This document shows, piece after piece, positions 1 to 12,029 of a DNA stretch of 48,250 nucleotides; the stretch's first letter is position 1, and each line of letters starts with the position of its first letter. The position numbers and the translations under genes are program-made. The stretch is from Hydrurus foetidus (taxonomy: Eukaryota): assembly GCA_900617105.1 (NCBI GenBank), contig UYFQ01000451.1:1-48250 (forward strand). The letters run 5' to 3'. Under the pieces are notes generated by a model, which saw nothing but the letters and a program-made list of their open reading frames with translations, made no database searches and was not told the DNA's origin.

Positions 1-299
1 CAAATTTCAATTTACGATCAGATCCGTTCTTTTCACTTCCCATATTAAATTGCATTTTATAGTAACTGATTGAATTGGACCACCTTCATGTGCGCTTTGT
101 TCTTTAAAAAAAAAAGACTACGCAACTGTTGATTCATTTTGTTTCTATTTGAACCTACAAAAGCGAGAGAAAGTTCATTAGTCCTGGACCCGTGGTGACC
201 GTGCCACTCTAGTACGTACAGTCTGACGGAACTGATGATGTGTACAGACTAACTATGGAGTCGTGGTACGCGCATACTGACGATCCTGAATGTGTGGGC

Positions 300-3200
300 T
301 TAGACTCGCGACAACGCTTCACTTGCGATGTAGTCGTCTCTGACACTTCCCTGCACGCAAGCAAGGACATCGCGTGGTAGACAAAGAGCAATCAGCAGAA
401 AAAGTGGAGAGCTGCTCTTTAAAATACTGAGGAGTACGTGATATCTCATATGACAGGACGGGACATGACATATGTGACATTCTATGTAACATGTCCGTGA
501 TATAGTATTACCGCGACAGAGTAAAATGTCTTGACATAGAGTGAAAACAGATCTGAGCACTGTTGAAGTCATTATATCATTTCCAACATGGACTCGTTCA
601 TATCCTCGGACATTTTATTTTGTTCCGGTAATAGACAATCTTATCCGTGACATAATATGCAATTAGTCATATTGTACAACAACGTCAAAGACTTCTTGAC
701 TCACTCAGACAAAAAATAAAACAATAAGTACTTCCGCGACTTCTTTGCATCGTTCTATTTTAAAGATTCACAATAGAGTTAGGAGGTCTAGGGTTCTGGA
801 GGACACTGACCTGTATAGTTGCCGTCTTTGTAATTGCATTGACTTTCGATGACAAGGATTCCTGGGTAAGACTGCCTCTTGACTGGTTGATAGATAATGG
901 ATAGATGGGTAGTGAAAAAAATTGGCATAAAAAATGCAATTTATCAAGTTGCCCGTCAATTACAGGACTGGACGATTAACGAGGAAAGGAGGATAGGAAA
1001 AATAAAATAGCTGTGTAGAAAGAAAGGGAGACAAAAAAGAGAAACCAAAGGAAAAGAACAATTTAGAAAAGCAGAGATTAAAATCAAACTCACCACGGAG
1101 TCCATTATAAAATTCAACAGAGCTTCATTTTCTGCGAATGTGAGAAACCGTATATTTGACCATCTGGTCGTCATGTACGTCATGCACAGAGATCTCACTT
1201 CTTCTCTAAAAGAAAAAATACAGAAGAAAATATAGAAGATTTAATTGGGTAGTAGCGGTCTGAAAGAAGCAAGGGAAGGAGCGAGAAAGGGGATAGATTG
1301 ACGAGCTCAAAGTGAATGAGGTTGAAGTAAAAGCAAAATCTAAAGGGCGAGCATGAGTGGAAATGCTGATCTGAGTGGACCTAATGAAAGAAAGCTCAGA
1401 AAGGGTGAGCGAAGAGAGGGGAAAACAGCAGAAAAGAATGATATGAAACGCAGAGGCATTGTACGTACGTACCGTTCCAGTTGATTCAGTCTGGTGCTGC
1501 TTAGCCTTGCCTCAAGTCTATTTTCTCGGGAAAGCAGATTGGGCGTGCCAACGAAAAGCAAGAAGTCGAACCTGCCCGGTCTGGTCACAGCGGCATCGAA
1601 GGATCTTAACCGGTTTGTGGCCACAATAAATATCACCGATTGCTGGCGACGGAGATCGTTCAACTGATTTGTCGTAAGTGCAGTGCGGTGTGGTGCAGTG
1701 TGGAATAGTGTGAGAACAATTGAAGTGACAGTGCAATGTAATATGTTATCGTGAAGTGCAGAATAGTATAGAGTGAGGACTATTGAAATATTAGGCGTAA
1801 TTCTAGGTTACTTAAGTTGTCTAGAGGGAGACCGTGGAAAGATCTGATAGATGCGACCTTGTGACTGACAGGATCGTAGGAGGCCAGTTCGTGACAAACA
1901 TGACAGACCAATAATGTCCCTCATCATTGTTGTAATATTTTACAGACTTCTATATGCAGCACAGATGCGAGAATTAGATGGGCAGCTTAGTCCCCAGATC
2001 GAGGTGCTCGATGACAGACACCCATGCAGTCTCGGAGACACAAGGACACTACAACACTCGTGACTGCCAAAAAGTACCGTGATAGCCAAATACTAACAGA
2101 TGGATTGGTCGTTGGGAGAATACACACGCATACGTGAAGGTCTGTTTACTCTCACACACACAGACACATACATGCTCGTCCACCCATGCTGCACATTCAC
2201 ACGAGTACACACACAGAGATGCACTCGCATATAGTTGCACACACACACACTCTCACTCACTCATACAAATACACACACAAGCTCAGACACACTCTCTCTC
2301 CTTCACACACGCACACTCTCTCATACACTCTCACAGACACACCTGTGTGAGCATAGCAGTGGTGAGCATTCGGCTTTCCATCCCTAGAGCGGGATTCTCC
2401 CGATCAAGACAAAATTCTTCGATTTCGTCAAATAAAATAATTGTCCTATGAGTGGAAAGTGTAAAATATGAAAAGGAAAGAAGAAGGTAGGAAAGAAGAG
2501 AAGAGATGAGATGATGTAGATAAGTCAAGCATTGAATAATTACAGAAGAGGATGAGAGGTGTTGAAGATTATCAGGAATGTAAAGGACAATAGGAGAGAG
2601 GTTGAGAACGGAATTCAACCAATGGTATAATAATGCCCAGCGTCCGGTAAAACAATATCAAAACAGAATCGTCAGCGCATCATTGAAAATTTTCGTGATT
2701 CTCAGTTGTGGGATATACTTGCTGAGTGTGATTTGTACCATTTTTTAAATAAACTAGAATATAGCTAAGGGAAAAAAAATCGCACAGTATCATTCATGCT
2801 AGCGTTGCCACATCATGAAAATTATCGCATAATTTGAATTCCCGCTAGTAAAAAAGTCAGAATGGAAGAGATAAAATCCATATGGACAAGATCACCTTTC
2901 GAGTGTTTTCAGTCTGTCGAAAATGTAGCTCATCCTAGCTGCAACGTTCTGCAACCCATCAGCTAAGAAACTAGCGGTATCGATGGTGAGGAAGTTCCAC
3001 CCAAGATAAGAAGACATGGAGGTGCATATTGTTGTCTTGGCCGTGCCTGGAGGTTTCATGAAAAAAAAAGTTAGAATCTTCAGGTTTGGATAATTTAGTG
3101 TGGCACTCATCCAAGCGAGTATATCTAACTCCTCTATACTGCTGAAGTGTTAGAAAAGGATAAGTGAGGCGATAAACATTCTTACCAGGAGGGCCAAAAA

Positions 3201-6200
3201 GAATGGCACTGTAAAGAGGAGGGCTCATTTGAGATCCGGCTAAAGTAGCCGGATTGGGCGGGAAGAGAAAGGCTTTACTCGCTTCTTGTTTCGCCAGTTG
3301 CGGTTCTGTTGTGGCCGCGTACGTACGCACAACATGTATGCAATATCATCAACAAACACGCTCTAATGTCGCTCTTTTAGTGCGTCTCATTTGTTGTACT
3401 TACCGAGCAGTCTGGGGAGCAATTCATTTTTCAGTGTGGTGATGTCGCCAGCTAGTTCCAGGTCTGCGTCCATCAATTGCGACCACTCCCTACAACATAG
3501 TTAAACAAACAAAACACAAACAAACAAGGCACAAGAATCGTCACCATTTTATAATATTTGGAGTGCGCTTAACGGGAAAAGAAGGGTTACAAATCTTCGA
3601 AAACATTATTTCTGTTCATTTTTACTGTTTTTATACCTCGAATTTGGCTGATCTTGGCCACGCTTGCCGCCAAATTCGTCTAATATGCTACTGGTGATGA
3701 GGTTTCTTGTTAAACGCTTCATGCCGCTGAGCGCTGTGAACACCTGTGATAGGAAAAGCAAAAAAGAAACAAGGAGGAAAGAAGAGACAGAGAAAAGAGA
3801 GGAGAAAGAGGATGAGAAGGAAGAGGGATGGGGAACGAAAGAAGGAAGGAGAGTTAGTGATCACAGTGTAAAGGAGAATGAGGTGTTTTATGATGGAGAA
3901 AAGGAGCGCTGTAAAGGAGAGGAGAGAGATTAAGGAGTACAGTGAAGAATGCAACAGGGCATCCAATCAGAAACGAATAAAAATATGCACATTAATAGAA
4001 GAAAATAAAAGTAGCAGTGAAAAGAGTTGGTTACATGCCGTACTTACTTGGGCTGTGCACCAGGCCACTGCTCCTCCAGCTCCTAGATGATTAGACCTCC
4101 AACCCTGATGAAACACAACTGGATTTTGTAAGAGTTCAATTCATTTATCATTCATTTAATTAAAAAATCTGTCTCGTTTTCTTCTATTACAGATTTTATA
4201 TGATGTGCGGATTCCACGTTTTCGTTCATCAAGACTCAATCTTTGCTCTTTGAGTTTTTACTGTTCTGCTTATCGCTTTTTATTGCACAAGTCAAACATA
4301 TTATGCGACATGAAACATGTCCAATTGACTGACGGAAGATGCATTAAAAAACACTTCGCATTTAATTGAATCTTCTGAATCTTCTTAGCGATGAAAACAC
4401 TTCCCGCATGAAAATATAATCCTAGCAGCCAAGTATAAGTGAGTGCGTAATTCTCCGAAGTCATAGCGATGAACATTTATCCCTCAAATTTTCCATCAAA
4501 ATTTGGCCAAGATTTTGGCGGACGTACCTTAACTACGTTTCCGTAGCATCTGCCCGAGATGGGATCGCATACGTCAGCCAACATCTCCTCAACGATATTG
4601 CTCTCAGCCCACGTGAGACATCTGAAAAGAGTGGAGAAGAGTATAGTAAGCAGTAAAATGATAAAAATGAGATGTAGTGAGGCACGAGGGAGAATGTGCT
4701 GTTAACATGAGTCGAAATATTCATGACTCTATTTATATCATATTGTATTCGAAAGAAAAAATTGCAGAATAAAAATAATCACAAAAGTTATTATTTTTAG
4801 GGGACTTTAAAGAAAGAATAAAAAAAGAATGTTCCGAGATAGCGAAGGAATGTATGACATGACAAAATAAAACTTCAGGAACAATCGCAAAAAGCAGAGA
4901 AGTCAAAAGAAGAGAGGGTGAGATTCAAGACATCGAGTGTAGAGTTGAAGTAAGGTCGGAAGAAATCACCATCTAGAAAAAGGAACAGTAAAATATTAAC
5001 TGTTAATCGGATTAAAGGAATAGAGGAATGAATGAAAAATAAAATTTGGTGGTATGAAGGCTTTCAAAACAGCATCAAGAAAATCACAAAAATGAAATCA
5101 AATGTTACAACTAAATTCACGGCACGTACCTTTCTAAGTTTGGTAAGTACGGTGCGAGTAATTCCGGATCAGTCTCAGCCATCGACGATAATAAGCTGGA
5201 GATGATGTCGAAGAAAAACACGTAGCTGTTTCCTATGTCTCTGCTTCCCCCTGGGGCATCCCCACCTAGAAATATCGGCTCTAATGTACGTACGGGTGTT
5301 AGTCTAGTTAAGTCTAGTTTAGTTTGGTCTAGAGTGCATTGGTTTTGATATTTGTACAGGTAGTTTAGTCTGCAGTATCGAATGCATCTGGTGTAATATT
5401 TGTATTCGAGTTAATGACAATTATGCCGTGTAATTTGCAGTGCAATGATGTCCTCAATTTGAGCTATGATGTAACGATAGACATTGCTCACTTATCTCAT
5501 TTTGAGTTGAAACATTAAATAAACATTTTATTATGAAACTAAATGTCGCATACTGTGCACACCGAAAATACAAAACAATTCTGCACAATGAAATTGAAAA
5601 AAATAAATATTTACAAAAACCCCTTGAATATACAAAAATATTGCGTATTGATGCCGCTGCATTACCTCCTTTCACCCATGTGCCATCCTCAGCCTGTGAC
5701 TCGAATATGACCTTTAAAGCACTTTGGACGAGTTTCAGATTGGTTGATGATACGACACCTTTAGCGAATGAAGAGAGCCACATAGACTGAGATGTCTCCC
5801 AATAAGATAGCAGTGAGAATGTTAATATAATTACGTCAAAATTGGCTGAATCTCCTGAGTTGTAAAATGCTAGCTGTCTGCATAACTCGTCAAATGAAAC
5901 CATATTGGATCTCTCTAGCGCATAGCCGATCCGATTGCTTCCTAAAATACAAAATACAGAAGAAAAGTGGAGACAAATAATTAATACAAATAATCGATGC
6001 GGATAATTCACAAGAAAAATAGAAAACTAATTCGAAAATTTGCGGCATAAATAAGGAAACGAAGTTCAAAAACTCCTTCGAAAAACAAAATAGTGAATAT
6101 TTATTTTATTCGTTACATGCAACACACTTCATCATTGTAGAGGACGAGCATTCTACACATCAAAACAATGAGAAATTGAAAAATAAATCATACAGGAAAT

Positions 6201-7814
6201 ATATTGAAAACATGAACTAAAACTAGAAACATTTAGTGACACCTCAAATCAAAATAAAGACTATCATCGTAAAGCAGCGTACGTTCGTACCTAACATCAA
6301 CAGCTGAACGAGATAAAACACAAGCACTGACTTTACTAAAACTTTCACTTACAAGAGGAGCTACTAATAGAAAGCAACTTAATCGAAGTGAACAATAAAT
6401 TGTACGTTCATATGTACGTTCATATGCACCATACCTTTTATTTTTTCAGGGACTAGACCGTTCTCAACAATAGCGAGAAGAGCTTTTACATTCTGATACA
6501 AAAGGTACGTGGAATGATTTTGATCGCGGTGCTTAGAAATGCGAGCCCCTAATGACATTGTACACATTATATCATTATATGATACAATATTATATCATAT
6601 GTTGATATATTACATAATATGATACACCATCATTCCACAATATAATAGTGTTTATACAACACAATATTGAGATATAGCTACAGTGAGACAGCATGAGTTA
6701 GGTTTAGAGTGGAATTACAACTGCGCTATGATTTCATCACACATGTTATCTCGATAAATATCACCCTCCAGAAAGACCAGACAAGGCAGATAAAACAGTT
6801 TACATATGAGTACGATTGCAGGGAAAACAAAATGCACTATAATACAATAATTGCAACAACAAAAGTACACGATGACATTAAAAAATTAAAAAATATTCAA
6901 TATATTTACTTTGTGACAAAAGATCCTCGACAGCTTTTGTGAATTTTTCAGTGTTGCAGTCAGCGGCCTTTAGGGAGCATAAAGCGTTCAAAACCATGGG
7001 AGTTTGAAAAGGATCTCCACTCCAAGGAGCGCTCACAAGACTTCCCACTATTTCTTTGAGACTTATTTGATTGCTGCCTGTGAGGTGTTAGAGATTTAAT
7101 GAAGACAGGATTTTAAATGTGGCAAATCATTTCCGACTTGTAATCGGAGGTAGTGCATTTCTTGTAATCGGATTGTGAGCATTGAGCATTATCGCAAATA
7201 GAAAGCTAGATGGTCTGCAGTCGTAATATGCGATAATTGCATAGAGAGTCATTTATTGCATACAACACAACATGAATGACATCGAGGATCTCATTCTTCT
7301 GCAAATGTTTGAAGTAGCTGTTGATCAGGAGCATAGCAATTAGACACCATTTTAGACGACATTACAACACACCTCCAATGCCATCTCGACCAGAGGTGCC
7401 AACGACTTCGGCCCATCGGCATGATCTCTCCCAATGAGCTGGATTTGCAAGAATAGCTGAGATAGTCATACATGTTGTTGTGACGCTGACCCTTGTCGTG
7501 TTCAAATTCGGATATATTTGGAAGCATTTTAAGGAATCCGACCAAAACGAGAGGAGGTAATCGCTCTCTCCATCCGACAGACGCTTCACTCTCGCGTCAA
7601 GTTTCTTCAAGTACTGGAAGTCAGTGCTTGGGTTCATCGGTGACAACACCTCGACCCCACTACTTTTATGGGATATTCCATTCAAAGCTGGCGCGGCAAT
7701 TTCGTCGATGTGGGAAATTCCACGAGATTTCTGTATTCTTGAATGTCGAAAGGATCCCACACGAAAACCGGACGTGCACTGAAGGAGAAGAAATATGCAA
7801 GCTACTATCTGCAT
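300..7814 (-). CDS. AAA+ ATPase with long helical N-terminal region, 16 exons, probably plastid-targeted
   Basis: GT-AG exons joined in frame by eye: 7373-7814, 6910-7077, 6435-6548, 5666-5941, 5130-5280, 4528-4621, 4048-4104, 3637-3743, 3404-3489, 3186-3305, 2896-3046, 2343-2445, 1473-1663, 1094-1205, 811-882, 300-351. Walker A ILFGPPGTAKTT (split by an intron), Walker B IILFDEIEE, sensor-1/SRH VATNRLRSFDAAVTRPGRFD. N-terminus MQIVACIFLLLQCTSG-FRV resembles a signal peptide with Phe at +1. Confidence 0.88.
2130..2342. repeat. CA/CT-rich low-complexity intronic microsatellite
   Basis: Degenerate (CA)n/(CT)n runs inside an intron of the AAA gene; they generate spurious His/Thr-rich ORFs. Confidence 0.8.
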
Positions 7815-8558
7815 CTGTGAGCAATTTTCAGCTCTGCAGCACCAGCCGTTTCCCTTCTGGCAGCACTTCTAGCTGTGGTTGTCAGCTTCTCCAGTAGTGT
7901 AGAAAACGTCACGGGCTATGGTATGAAGTATGTATTCATGTCCATGTCAGTCAGGTCATGTCGCCTGCAAATTATATTGCAAATTTAGATCGAGATGATC
8001 TCAGATCTGTTGGGATCTTGATCGAAGAAGATGCTCCTTCAGATTTTTGAAAATACATTTTTTTTGAATATTTGATCTTCGGTCTTCTACGGAACCCGCT
8101 GATGCTGTCCCTCCTCTATCCTCTGTGTGTCCCCAGTCCAAAGCAGTCCCCATGGTCAGCTCTGAGCTCGAGAGCTGTGCTCGAGTTATCTCTCTATGGT
8201 ACATTGCATGATCTTACGATCAGCCGCAATCACATACATCTACCCAACCACTGACTGACAATGCGCGATGGCTATTTTAGAAGCGATGCCATTCAACGTG
8301 AAGCTGGAGAATGTTGCGAAAGTCACTTCAGGAATCAAGTTGTTCAGAAGTTCCGTATAAAAGTCGACACTCTCTCCTCAAGCAAGTCTCTGATCTCTGA
8401 TCTCAAGATCTCATGCTCCTTTGCTCCTTGAACATCATATGTTATATACTTTTCATGACATGTCATGAATCCAACGAGTCGTATTTTCGCGACCCATCTG
8501 GCATGAGAACTCGCGGTCGTTGTGTTTCCCTTCTTGCTTGAACTTTTCTTCACCAGCG

Positions 8559-10572
8559 ATGGACTTTTCTGATGATTTCAGTTCGATCAACAATGTCGAA
8601 AGTTTACGGCTTCTGGCATCGGATTTATCACGACGGTTAGAGAATGCGAATAACACCATTGATGCACAGCGGCAAATAGCCAGAAACTCTGTTGCAGCTG
8701 CAGACAGATGTCGTAAAAGTTTGGTGGAAGTATCCATAACGTTGCGGTTAGAAATATCTAAATCTGATAGCATTCGTAGACGAAAAATGAAAGAGGAAGA
8801 GGCAAAGAGTTTTGAGGCTGCAAAAGCAATAAAACGTGCGATACTTGATGAACTTCGATTGGCTGAATTGGACTATCAGATAAGCCCATCATTGCGAGCG
8901 TCGAAAAAAATCGATGCCATGAGAGGTGCGAATTCACATATCAATCACTATTCCTCTTCATCAACCACGTCCCTCTACCGTTATCGATAGTTTTCATGCA
9001 CTAATTTTATTGTTTGACTATTGCACAGTATATACGTAACTGAAATACAGCACCAATACAAACGTAACCACCATGAAGGCAAAGTAAAATCACTTGCGAA
9101 AAATCATGACTCTCAGAGAAGACTGTTGACGCATTTAGTGGCCGTAGAGAAAATGACAGAGGATTTATCCTCAGCTGCAGAGCGGGGAGATTTAAATGCT
9201 TGCTCGTTGTTGCTACGCCAGGGCGCTGGAGTGAACGATGTAGATTCATCAGGTGACATATTTTTGAAGATATTTCGAATAACTCAAAATGCTGGTTGCT
9301 GCTCTTTGTACCCTCAATTAGATATACTTCCTAGCTGACTGGAATTACGGGTCAAACTTGAAAGCATTTAACCTTATCTTGATTCACATGAGATGGCGGT
9401 TATGACAACGATGTGTACATTGAGGATATCTTGCTACACTGTTATCCAACTAATAACGCATAACGTCAAGGAGTAGCTGTTGAGGAACAAAAATTGAACG
9501 TTAATGCGTTCGCACTTCAAATTTTAATTACAGTCGTAATACTTGATTTGTATGATTTAATTTGACTTGAATCTATTTTTATTTCACTTTATTTGGGCAG
9601 GGTTTCTCCCTCTTCATTATGCGTGCGCTGCAGGCTCGGCTGAAGTCGTCAAGGTAAATAAATCGAGATTTGTACAGCATTGTGATGCTGTACATTGTTT
9701 CATGTGATGCTTTGAGCATTCTCAATTTGATCTTTTTCCCACTTATTTTTTGTCTGAATATTCTGTCCACCCTGACACTTCGAGTGCTATCGACAATATT
9801 TTATACAGACACTGCAGTGATAATCGTATTGACCTGTTAGTCGAGTCCTATTCCAATCAGAACTTTACTTTCATTTGAACAACTTCCTAATACAAACTAA
9901 AACTGATCGAAACTGTCAGCTTCTGTGCGAATTCGGTAGCGACCCCTCAACTTATTTATCCGGTCATTCATCTATCGAGATGGCGGCTAAGAACGGCCAC
10001 ACAGATGTCATTAAAATTCTGACATCCTTTGGTGCAAGTGTCGATGAAAAAGGTACGAACTTCGTTTCATGTTGTACGTCATGTGCACGTGTGGTGAACA
10101 AACATCTAACCACAGTTCTATGTGCATAGTGCTTTCTATGTCTGAATCAGCAAATATTGATCAACATACTGATTATAAAGATTGTGATTCTAGCCCATAC
10201 AATTCAAATGTCTATTCTACATGTAAAAAAATTATTAATTAATCGTAATTATTGTATCAAGTAATTGCCGTTTCTGATGTTCTATGTCCTGTAGGTCTGC
10301 AAGATAGACTGCCTATCATATCAGCAGCAGAGAATGGTATGCTTGAATGCATCGTGTATCTGGTATCTCAAGGAGCAGATATCAATGGAATGGACCATAG
10401 ACGTAATAGCGCACTACATTCCGCAATTCTGACCGAAGATCCAATCGCATTAGTGGAATTTTTAATTCGAAATGGAGCTGATTCAGAGGTTAAAAACGGA
10501 AATGGAGAAACGGCTCTAGACATCGCCATAAACACACATAATTCACATTTAATAAGAATATTAGGCGGCTGA
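8559..10572 (+). CDS. Coiled-coil plus ankyrin-repeat protein (multi-exon)
   Basis: Ankyrin motifs GFLPLHYACAAGSAEVVK (exon 9601-9653), GHSSIEMAAKNGHTDVIKIL (9920-10052), RNSALHSAI and GETALDIA (10295-10572). The N-terminal exon from ATG 8559 is helical. The splice phase between exons 1 and 2 could not be resolved cleanly. Confidence 0.8.
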
Positions 10573-10826
10573 CTTATCTTTCTGTATACATTAATGAAGT
10601 TAACGTTGTCTAGTATTCGGTACGATTGGGTGGGTATTGAATGGACAGTCGTGTCTGTACATTGGAACACACAAATTATAAAAATCGCTTGGAGTCAAGA
10701 TTATGGTTGCGGCAGAACTGTCCTTGCTGAATCAGCATCATATCCCGGCAAGTAGCAGTGCTATGGTGGCTACCATATAGTTGTGGAGTTTCTGACCGTG
10801 AGATTCGTAAGTTCATCTTAAGTTGA

Positions 10827-11411
10827 TCAATATGTGATCTTCTTCTGCCAAAATTCGGCGCATCCTAAGGTTGAATCCAGCTGATATCCTTCAAATCCAG
10901 CAGAGACGTATGCTGCTTTTGCGTTAAGATTTCCACTCAAGACCTCGAGTGTAATCTTGCAGTAGTCTTGCGATCTGCCGAACTCCTCTACATAAAACGA
11001 AAAATCAAATTGTGGGAGACGTTACAAATTTGAAGAATAAATGTGATTGATGTCCTTGCGTCAGCCATGTAGGTCACCTATTGCAAACATAAGAGCTGAC
11101 GAGATTCCTTGTCTCCTAAATTCTGGTCTGACATAGAAGTCGTGTATGTTAATCAGTGGCTTGCAGGCGAAGGTTGAAAAACCCTCGAAGCATATTGCCA
11201 AGCCCACATATTCATCGCTTCTCCCTGTATCTTGAGCTACAAAAACATGTGCTGTTTGGCGTTTTCGCAGCTCGGAAATGAGGTTTTCCCTCGAATAGTC
11301 TGGAATGGGTTCATTTCCACCACAAAAGTCGCACGCATAGCTATTCAGTAAATCAACCACTGCTGTGGCGACAATTTCGTCATTGAGATCTGCTTTACGA
11401 CAGGTAACCAT
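10827..11411 (-). CDS. GNAT-family N-acetyltransferase (2 coding exons)
   Basis: Exons 11078-11411 and 10827-10987 join in frame: INIHDFYVRPEFRRQGISSALM (acetyl-CoA motif A)...CKITLEVLSGNLNAKAAYVSAGF...FWQKKITY*. Confidence 0.88.
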
Positions 11412-11561
11412 CTGAAAAAGCAAAACAGTTGGAGGAGAAAAGTCTGGTACTTTGGATACTACAGTTTAGCTACAAATGGGAGTTGATGTGGTAGAAGTAG
11501 AAGTAGCAGTAGCATCAAGCAACGAGAGTACCGCACCACCGCACCTACCCGGATATATAGG

Positions 11562-11930
11562 TGTTGCGAATTCCGTATTCCGCAACCGCGCCGTGAACAG
11601 CTTCACGTACGAAGTGTCTAGTACGAGAACTACGCAAATCCCGTGAAATGGAAGAGGTGTTGTTTTCCAATCAGTCGATAATTTAACTTGTGACTGACAT
11701 CCCTGTTTGCCAGCCACGAAGCTTACAGCGCCACCTATCTACGCTACTCTAGAAGGAAGAAAACAGAACATCAATGAACGAGTGGTGTAACGCGCATGAA
11801 ACACTTTTCATGCCGAACTGTAACGCACCATACAACCGTATAGTACATCACACACACACACACACACAACAATGACCGAACGGTCCTACATACTACAAAG
11901 AGCAGTTCACCACAGAACGAAACTCCAACA
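11562..11930 (-). repeat. 3' LTR of the Copia element (369 bp)
   Basis: Direct repeat of 16934-17216 plus 19058-19147; by eye it differs only in (CA)10 versus (CA)12. Confidence 0.95.
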
Positions 11931-12029
11931 CACCCCTAGGATGGAGGCCGTTAGAAACACAATGCGCGTAATATAACATGACATGATAATGTGATTGTAA
12001 CTAAGCTAAACAAACAAATTTCCCTTTTC

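Noticed and set aside
2049..2451. His/Thr-rich and Val/Cys-rich ORFs
   Set aside because: Translations of an intronic CA microsatellite.
3664..4090. Glu/Lys-rich and hydrophobic ORFs
   Set aside because: Purine/pyrimidine-skewed intron sequence of the AAA gene.
8001..8553. Short ORFs between the AAA and ankyrin genes
   Set aside because: No motifs; more likely the divergent promoter/UTR region.
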